Source of the DNA: a virus
Direction: 5' to 3' (one strand)
Virus record (IMG/VR): IMGVR_UViG_3300027896_000011
Span: 32,001 to 96,000 of that record
Length of the DNA: 64,000 bases
The position numbers and the translations under genes were made by a program. A model generated the notes under the pieces. That model had not been told where the DNA came from and ran no database searches. It saw only the letters and a list, made by a program, of their open reading frames with translations. This document shows positions 59,101 through 64,000 of the stretch, one piece after another; within the stretch, counting starts at the first letter, position 1; every line of letters begins with the position of its first letter.

Positions 59101-59465
59101 CGTGGTGGGTAACTCAGAGTACTGCTGGGGCACCACTGCAGACACGTATGCAAGTTACTACGGACTTAACGAGTATTGAGACTCGTGAGCATTCGATCAC
59201 AAGCATTGTAGACTTTGTGGCAAAGTTTATGAGGGTTGGATTGAGGAACTTTATTGGTCGGTTCAATATCACTCACTCATTCTTAGACTCGTTGTCTACG
59301 GTAGTACAGGGGCAGCTTGGGTTCCTTCGTGATGCAGGCATCTTGGTAGGTGGGGATTTGAATAATATTGTTCAAGATTCTACATCACCCGACAGCGTCA
59401 ACATAGATGTCACCTTGGATGTCCCCTACCCATGTAATTATATACGCCTCGTAATAACCATCTAA
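56112..59465 (+). CDS. Contractile tail sheath protein with large insertion domains
   Basis: N-terminal QPGVTVIQEF; C-terminal FIGRFNI...VTLDVPYPCNYIRLVI. Confidence 0.85.
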   Translation: MATELLQPGVTVIQEFRTVSPTIVTPTLVPCAVAPAFQIVDAMTTNAAGSQVANSEAVVSVPAVLVSTSAAPYASMNAKVLSVSINNGPTQSFTFSDPTSAGLDAGQICDQIASQSPAGFGAYVVTKNTTTYVQLRTTASGDGQYLKILAGTANSVLGFAEGYQVEGVSSYKQTHVRIEQLNFPDPRGIADEMAVNTDSIRAFINTGKALKEVFRTESFLRNKKETTYTSGVDVTFPGGGLSGLTFIFQQGLQGAATTYTFTTSPATVDNLVTAMNTLLGTAATMSASGNKVVLTSEQGYIKIGAGTANTYLGWTANAEAYTLIVVDDGDGDSTSPLIKVAQDNFTATAGYASITGTTTISTEVAVNNLTLQVSNDGSAMQEIAFSAGPISGSTGGVSTALDGKSLFFTVNGTHKTCTFSTPATLAAAVTQINTAAGTTVCYLTNTDKVNFQVGGATPTLGGDFTLVYGGTANEDTVYGALNIDALVSTPTPSVVYQTLSLAEIITAINTVMGAGFASNATNKLKLTSPITGAESEVRIGRGTANTILGLVNDAYANGYPFPPKVGDDVYADGVFIGKVSVIAPGAVTTTLKLDRELALTFVAQAMYIESVNIPSSLPADRPTPNLVIDLSGAVLVKQGILRDTEGFALANASGALMIAYKALRLDVTSQASKPALLNFSDITTLETALSPLNVDNPLGLMLYFMMLNAPGVTISGIGVNEVSAANPDGTVAGYSGALAFLEPQEVYALAPASQDSVVHQTCATHVTAMSEPEAGGERVVFINPAMPDEDLPTLVGSGDGDSLPSTNWFDTHVSSLAADLLAKGINPVGTIPVSAGLYLTVAGSTKHYNIAQISGTRVLVRVAFSAGDNTDGFYSITNLSGSLIGTAFSLYIRGTALVTSTGLPDYERIALAYQKMGQTYLNRRVRMVAPEKVGATINGTEELIPGYYLCSALAGMVGQLPPQQGFTNYPITGFTRAVGSNEVFSRRQMNVGAAGGTWWVTQSTAGAPLQTRMQVTTDLTSIETREHSITSIVDFVAKFMRVGLRNFIGRFNITHSFLDSLSTVVQGQLGFLRDAGILVGGDLNNIVQDSTSPDSVNIDVTLDVPYPCNYIRLVITI

Positions 59466-59509
59466 TATTACATTAAATCATGGTATAAGTACCACAGAGG
59501 TATTTATCC

Positions 59510-60352
59510 ATGAACAAAAGACATCCAGGAAAACAAAAGAAAACAGATTACGGCCTTTGTAAGATGGAAGGGTGCACAAACACTACAGAAAATGGTGCGT
59601 TCGGATTTTGTCGAACGCACTATATGGCTTGCCGTCGTGGTCAAATAGACCGCAATGGGCAATTTCTGTATGAACCTAAACGGGTAAGAAGTTATGGTGT
59701 TGGTGCTCGTTGTCTAGTTCCTGAATGTGGTAATAGACCTAAAGGGCTAGGTTTATGTGCTACACACTACCAACAGCGTAGTAATGGAATAGACCTAGGT
59801 ATAGAAATTCCAAATGGTGGCTATTCAAAGGAACAACCCAGTTATGAGGGCGTATCGTGCGTAGTGAATGGTTGCTTAAAACGCCCGATAAATAAAGGTA
59901 TGTGTAGTAGGCATACTGAGCAAAGACGGGCTGGGATTATAGATCAGCAAGGTATTCCGCTTCGGGAACTGATGCCTAATGGGCGAAAAAGAGAACGTGA
60001 AAACTGGGTGGGAAGCACTCGAGACGGTTATATCCTTCGTACTGCTCCAGATGGGCATCCGCACGCTAGAGCAGATGGAACCATTTTAGAACATCGTTTG
60101 GTTATGGAGAATCAGTTAGGGCGGTGTTTAGAAGAGTGGGAAATTGTCCACCATAAGGACGGCAATAGAGCGAATAACGACATCCATAATTTAGAGCTAG
60201 TGGATGGTAGGGCGGGGATTGGGACTAGACACCACCCAGGTCATGACTTTGACCTGCTTACTGCGGCCCAAGTCATTGCCCAGAATAAAGACACATTACC
60301 AACTGCAATACTTGAGACCTTAAAAGGCATTCTCAACAAAGGAACTAATTAA
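59510..60352 (+). CDS. Free-standing HNH homing endonuclease with three Cys/His zinc repeats
   Basis: EHRLVME...VHHKDGNRANNDIHNL; C-x4-C...C-x2-H repeated three times. Confidence 0.85.
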   Translation: MNKRHPGKQKKTDYGLCKMEGCTNTTENGAFGFCRTHYMACRRGQIDRNGQFLYEPKRVRSYGVGARCLVPECGNRPKGLGLCATHYQQRSNGIDLGIEIPNGGYSKEQPSYEGVSCVVNGCLKRPINKGMCSRHTEQRRAGIIDQQGIPLRELMPNGRKRERENWVGSTRDGYILRTAPDGHPHARADGTILEHRLVMENQLGRCLEEWEIVHHKDGNRANNDIHNLELVDGRAGIGTRHHPGHDFDLLTAAQVIAQNKDTLPTAILETLKGILNKGTN

Positions 60353-60359
60353 AATGCCT

Positions 60360-60384
60360 AGAAAAGCCCTCTGGCTTTTCTTTT
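60360..60384 (+). terminator. Intrinsic terminator after the HNH gene
   Basis: AGAAAAGCC-CTCT-GGCTTTTCT followed by TTT. Confidence 0.6.
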
Positions 60385-60419
60385 AGCCCTCAACCGGATT
60401 CGGTATAAGGAGAATTGAT

Positions 60420-61142
60420 ATGAGCAACTTTTCAGACTGGAAGCCATACGAGAGATTCGTTCAAGAGGGCATGAGTGACGGCAAGTTCCTTAATGCCGGA
60501 TTTACCCTTCTGTGTGCAGGTCCTCCACGATTGGCAAATATGGGAGGAGCAACAGGTTTGGGTGCTGCTGCCTCATCTGCAGCAATAGATCAACTTGTTT
60601 ACCCAATCGGCGTCATTCAAAATGTTAACCTGTCACACAATAGACAGTTTAGCCGGATATTCGAAGTAGGTTCTGAACGTTCTTACTTTATCTCCGGCAG
60701 AACTGTTGGACAAATGGCTATCAGTCGTATCCTCTATCATGGTCCTAGTTTGCTACGCGTACTCTATGCATATTATGCAGATACTGTAGCCCCATTTGTT
60801 ATGCAATCACTATTCCCCAATGTGGGTGTCTCTTCGTTCGCAAACCCACATGATGTAATCATCCCTCCAGGATATGATAATCTGTTTGTCAATTTGGCTT
60901 CAGATTTGTTTAATCAACCTATTGGGTTGATGATGTACATCAAAGATTCAGATCAATCTACCTACGGTGCTGTGTACCTTGAAGGCTGCTATATCCCAAA
61001 TCATACTTGGGCAACTGATGCACAGGGTGTCTTGATTCAAGAATCTGCGGCTGTTCAGTTTGAACGAGCTGTTCCAGTAGCTGTAACCGCTGTAAGTCTT
61101 CTTACTTCTGGAGCTACTGCTATCGCCGGGGCTACAGTATAA
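60420..61142 (+). CDS. Tail tube protein candidate
   Basis: PIGVIQNVNLSHNRQFSRIFEVGS...LEGCYI; follows the sheath gene. Confidence 0.7.
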   Translation: MSNFSDWKPYERFVQEGMSDGKFLNAGFTLLCAGPPRLANMGGATGLGAAASSAAIDQLVYPIGVIQNVNLSHNRQFSRIFEVGSERSYFISGRTVGQMAISRILYHGPSLLRVLYAYYADTVAPFVMQSLFPNVGVSSFANPHDVIIPPGYDNLFVNLASDLFNQPIGLMMYIKDSDQSTYGAVYLEGCYIPNHTWATDAQGVLIQESAAVQFERAVPVAVTAVSLLTSGATAIAGATV

Positions 61143-61147
61143 AATAG

Positions 61148-62179
61148 GTGGTAATGCGCCTATTATCCCAAAATGAGGTCCTTGAGAAAACAGCAGCCCT
61201 AGAGGCTGCTGAAGACCTTGGAAAAATACTGTCACATAAGTGGCATGATCATATTGCAGGAGGCTTAGCTGATAAACGGTCTCCTGCAGATTTCCCCCGA
61301 GAAGACCTACTCAAGGGTATGATAGTAGAGATGGAACACACAAGTGACCCATCTGTAGCTTGTGAAATAGCTATGGACCACTTGGTAGAGGACCCTCACT
61401 ACTATAACCACGAACAGGACATGGCTAAAGAAGTACAAGATAAACTAGGTTACATTCTTCCCCGCGAAGATAGTGCCATTAAGTTAGCCGAGCTCATGGG
61501 CATTCAATTGGCCGGAATGACAAAGGAAGCTATTCCTAATCCTTTTTCAGCCATAAGAGGTATCGGTTCAAGACTGTTAGGAAGAACTGCGCCTAAGGTA
61601 GTAGGGAATGTTTTAGGTCGTGAGACAGAACAAGTAGCGGGTAGAGCATTAGCTGGGAATGTCCTACCGTCAGTTAGCGGAGAGATGGGGGCTAAGGCTA
61701 TTAGACCTGGAGCTGTTCCAGGCACACATCTACGTGCGGGGGCTAATGAGACAACACTAGCAGCACAAGCTAAAGCACGTCCTATTAAGAATAATATCCA
61801 AACAGATTTACCCAATGCAGCACCTGCTGCACCTGTTCCTGGTAGTGTTGAGCATTTTAAAGCAGTTAATAGAGCAGACCCAACAGAAGCTGCTATGCGT
61901 GCTGGTGCAGTAGTTCCTCATTCGCCCGGCTCTGTAGTACCTAATCCAAAGGGTACAGGACCGGATGTGAAGAGGTTTGGTTGGGGTAAGGCTGCATTAG
62001 GTGCAGGTGCTCTTGGTGCTGGTTACGCAGCTTATAAGGGTATTCCTTGGGCAGCTAATAAGCTGGAAGAGACTAGTGCAATGCCTTTGGCATATGGTGG
62101 TGGTTGGTCAGCTACCCCTTATGGATACGGCAATACTCCTTATGGCCCCGGAACTGCGACGATGGGTTATGGGGTCTGA
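61148..62179 (+). CDS. DUF5661-like domain protein with a Gly-rich C-terminus
   Basis: KGMIVEMEHT...EIAMDHLVEDPHYY; EKTAA, IKLAE and TKEA sites. Confidence 0.65.
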   Translation: MVMRLLSQNEVLEKTAALEAAEDLGKILSHKWHDHIAGGLADKRSPADFPREDLLKGMIVEMEHTSDPSVACEIAMDHLVEDPHYYNHEQDMAKEVQDKLGYILPREDSAIKLAELMGIQLAGMTKEAIPNPFSAIRGIGSRLLGRTAPKVVGNVLGRETEQVAGRALAGNVLPSVSGEMGAKAIRPGAVPGTHLRAGANETTLAAQAKARPIKNNIQTDLPNAAPAAPVPGSVEHFKAVNRADPTEAAMRAGAVVPHSPGSVVPNPKGTGPDVKRFGWGKAALGAGALGAGYAAYKGIPWAANKLEETSAMPLAYGGGWSATPYGYGNTPYGPGTATMGYGV

Positions 62180-62228
62180 TTGATTCCCGGATAGGTAGTG
62201 ACCTCAGCCCACTGTTTATCCGGTACAT

Positions 62229-62261
62229 CCCCACAGCATGTATTCGGCCATGACTGTGGGG
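62229..62261. terminator. Hairpin between convergent operons
   Basis: CCCCACAG-CATG...CATG-A-CTGTGGGG. Confidence 0.5.
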
Positions 62262-62306
62262 GTCTTTGTTACAGGGCTAAGAAAAGGCTTAATAGCCTTC
62301 CCTTAA

Positions 62307-62570
62307 CTAGCCGAGGCGTTGAGCATATTCTGCCCACTCCTCAGCTAGTTGTTCATCCTCTTCCCCGATTATTCCTCGAGAAAGAATAGAGGAACTTTCT
62401 TGTAGAGCTCTTAATTTAGCTCTACAATGTCTGTCCTCTATTTTCATCCGGAGAAGAACACAATAAGCCCACTGTTCTTTATTCTCCGGTTTAGACCTTC
62501 GAAGCATACGTAGGTAGGTGGGCCTACCTACGTATTTGATCAGTTCTTGTATCAACTGGCAGTCTCCCAT
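62307..62570 (-). CDS. Hypothetical protein
   Basis: 87 aa; coupled to the upstream micro-ORF. Confidence 0.55.
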   Translation of the reverse strand: MGDCQLIQELIKYVGRPTYLRMLRRSKPENKEQWAYCVLLRMKIEDRHCRAKLRALQESSSILSRGIIGEEDEQLAEEWAEYAQRLG

Positions 62571-62571
62571 C

Positions 62572-62646
62572 TCAGCTCTTACCTTTCAAGTAGGCTTTGC
62601 CTTCAGGGGACCATAGAAAGTCCCAAATGAATCGTAATGTGTTCAT
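62572..62646 (-). CDS. 24-aa micropeptide MNTLRFIWDFLWSPEGKAYLKGKS
   Basis: Translated by hand; RBS GGAGG directly after promoter P5. Confidence 0.55.
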   Translation of the reverse strand: MNTLRFIWDFLWSPEGKAYLKGKS

Positions 62647-62663
62647 GGTTTTCCTCCAATATA

Positions 62664-62694
62664 CTTATACCCATATGGAGGACCATATTTTCAC
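62664..62694 (-). promoter_or_regulatory. Phage-specific promoter P5
   Basis: GTGAAA-N19-TATAAG(TAT). Confidence 0.7.
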
Positions 62695-63101
62695 TGATTA
62701 TCGAAATCCTCGTCTAACTTGGGCTTAGTCTGCGGCTGATGGATTTCCCCCACCTTTGTGGTACCACTAGCAGCTAGATAATGCGCCATATGATCTAATA
62801 ACGCTCTATCTTCTTTATCTAATCCGGCCAGTCTCTTAGTTCCTACTAAGAGTTCAGTAGCCAATATACGTTCATCAGGGCTAAGGTGTTCACTATCCAT
62901 CATCTCTGATAGAGCGTTCTCATCATGCCCATAAAGCTCTTCAAAGAGTGTGGGGGCTAAAGAAGAAGTAGCTTTGGTCCCCATCTCCTCCGGCGAAAGA
63001 GGAGATGGAACCATTGCTGCTAAGTAGTCTTTAGTAGACCCAAAGAGTGGGCATTTCTGCCAACCATGTCCTTGGCCGGAACAAAGTAAACATTTAGTCA
63101 T
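62691..63101 (-). CDS. Zinc-knuckle (CCHC) protein
   Basis: CLLCSGQGHGWQKC. Confidence 0.6.
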   Translation of the reverse strand: MTKCLLCSGQGHGWQKCPLFGSTKDYLAAMVPSPLSPEEMGTKATSSLAPTLFEELYGHDENALSEMMDSEHLSPDERILATELLVGTKRLAGLDKEDRALLDHMAHYLAASGTTKVGEIHQPQTKPKLDEDFDNQ

Positions 63102-63360
63102 CTGGATCTAATATCAAGCCTACCATACGTTTCTCAAAATGGGTAGTAATGAGCGCCCGGATAAGACGTTGTACAGTCATCTTATCCTTCTTCCCCTCTC
63201 GAGCCAATTTGATATTCAATCTCACTACCTCTGCATCAAGAAACTTTTTCATTTGTTCCGTCAGCATTATCCGGGTATCTTTATGAATCTTTTCCTGAAT
63301 AGATGCCTCATCTTGAGGCACATGTGTTTTACGCGACATCTTCTGGGAACACAGATTCAA
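63094..63360 (-). CDS. Small basic protein, possible ribbon-helix-helix
   Basis: TRIMLTEQMKKFLD...TVQRLIRALI. Confidence 0.45.
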   Translation of the reverse strand: MNLCSQKMSRKTHVPQDEASIQEKIHKDTRIMLTEQMKKFLDAEVVRLNIKLAREGKKDKMTVQRLIRALITTHFEKRMVGLILDPDD

Positions 63361-63931
63361 GTGTTGGTACCACGTTGGCTATAATCATAATAGGTTGTTT
63401 ACCTTCGTACACTATTAGCCATGCTTGATCTTGACCTCTACTATTAGGTCCTGCAGTATATATACGATATTTGGTAGGTTGATCAGTGATGAGCTCAAGT
63501 AACTCAAGGTATTCTGTGCGATAATACGCTCGCTGTTGTGCCGTAGTCTTAGACCACCCTACACTGTACTCAAATGGTACTGCTTCATATGTTACTGCCT
63601 TCTTCTCTGCTTCAGATTGGAATGTTGTTTCTGTAGCTCGTACTATCTTTGAAACGTCCGGAAGAAGAACAGTAGACCATTCCTTATCTTCAAACAATTC
63701 TGCATGAGGGCAGTCAAAACCCTCTTTAAGCAGGTTGTCTAACTTTGATGTATCTGTAGCTATTGCGTTTGAAGGCCAAGCTGCTATGAAGGCTTTACAT
63801 GCTAATACCCAGTTACCTTCCTTGTCTTTGGTAGCCCATAATTTGCGTTGTTCTGTTTCCTCATCATTGAGTGTGGATAGAGTAACCTTTTTAATCTTAC
63901 TGATTATTAGGTCATCAAGTACTCTCATCAA
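63329..63931 (-). CDS. Hypothetical protein
   Basis: 200-aa ORF in the minus-strand operon. Confidence 0.6.
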   Translation of the reverse strand: MMRVLDDLIISKIKKVTLSTLNDEETEQRKLWATKDKEGNWVLACKAFIAAWPSNAIATDTSKLDNLLKEGFDCPHAELFEDKEWSTVLLPDVSKIVRATETTFQSEAEKKAVTYEAVPFEYSVGWSKTTAQQRAYYRTEYLELLELITDQPTKYRIYTAGPNSRGQDQAWLIVYEGKQPIMIIANVVPTLESVFPEDVA

Positions 63932-64000
63932 TTGGCCTCCCCAGTAATGCCAAAGGCTACCTTTTTGATAAAGGCAATTGTTTCTTTTTTGTCAATATTG

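Noticed and set aside
28025-61142. Extracellular contractile injection system or tailocin
   Set aside because: Portal, terminase, protease, capsid and replication genes indicate a complete phage.
1-64000. CRISPR array, tRNA, rRNA, integrase or transposase
   Set aside because: None recognised by eye; a tRNAscan/Infernal run would be needed to exclude tRNAs formally.

Overview
The window is part of a large, uncharacterised tailed dsDNA phage (contractile tail, standard genetic code). The minus strand carries replication/early-type genes: a DnaB helicase (partial), an Hfq/Sm-like protein, DUF932, a divergent family-4 UDG, an SF2 helicase and many small orphans. The plus strand carries a virion module: portal, baseplate spike, terminase, prohead protease, scaffold-like proteins, major capsid, neck, sheath and tube. 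Inside that module sits a single-polypeptide bacterial-type RNA polymerase (beta fused to beta', about 2056 aa after splicing). Nine inteins interrupt six essential genes, three of them in the portal. Highlights: (1) the fused, reduced RNAP together with a recurring non-sigma70 promoter RTGHAA-N18/19-TATAAG; (2) an intein whose endonuclease (Vsr/DUF559-like) is a separate gene nested in the +1 frame with its own RBS; (3) a set of Gly-zipper proteins sharing an F-x-E-L-x-K-x-[AGS] tag and dense K-x-[AGS] sites, possibly a capsid-loading/maturation system with J-domain, metallopeptidase and DUF5661 payloads; (4) a promoter-driven, ORF-less structured RNA of about 120 nt. All family calls come from motif recognition by eye; no database searches were run.
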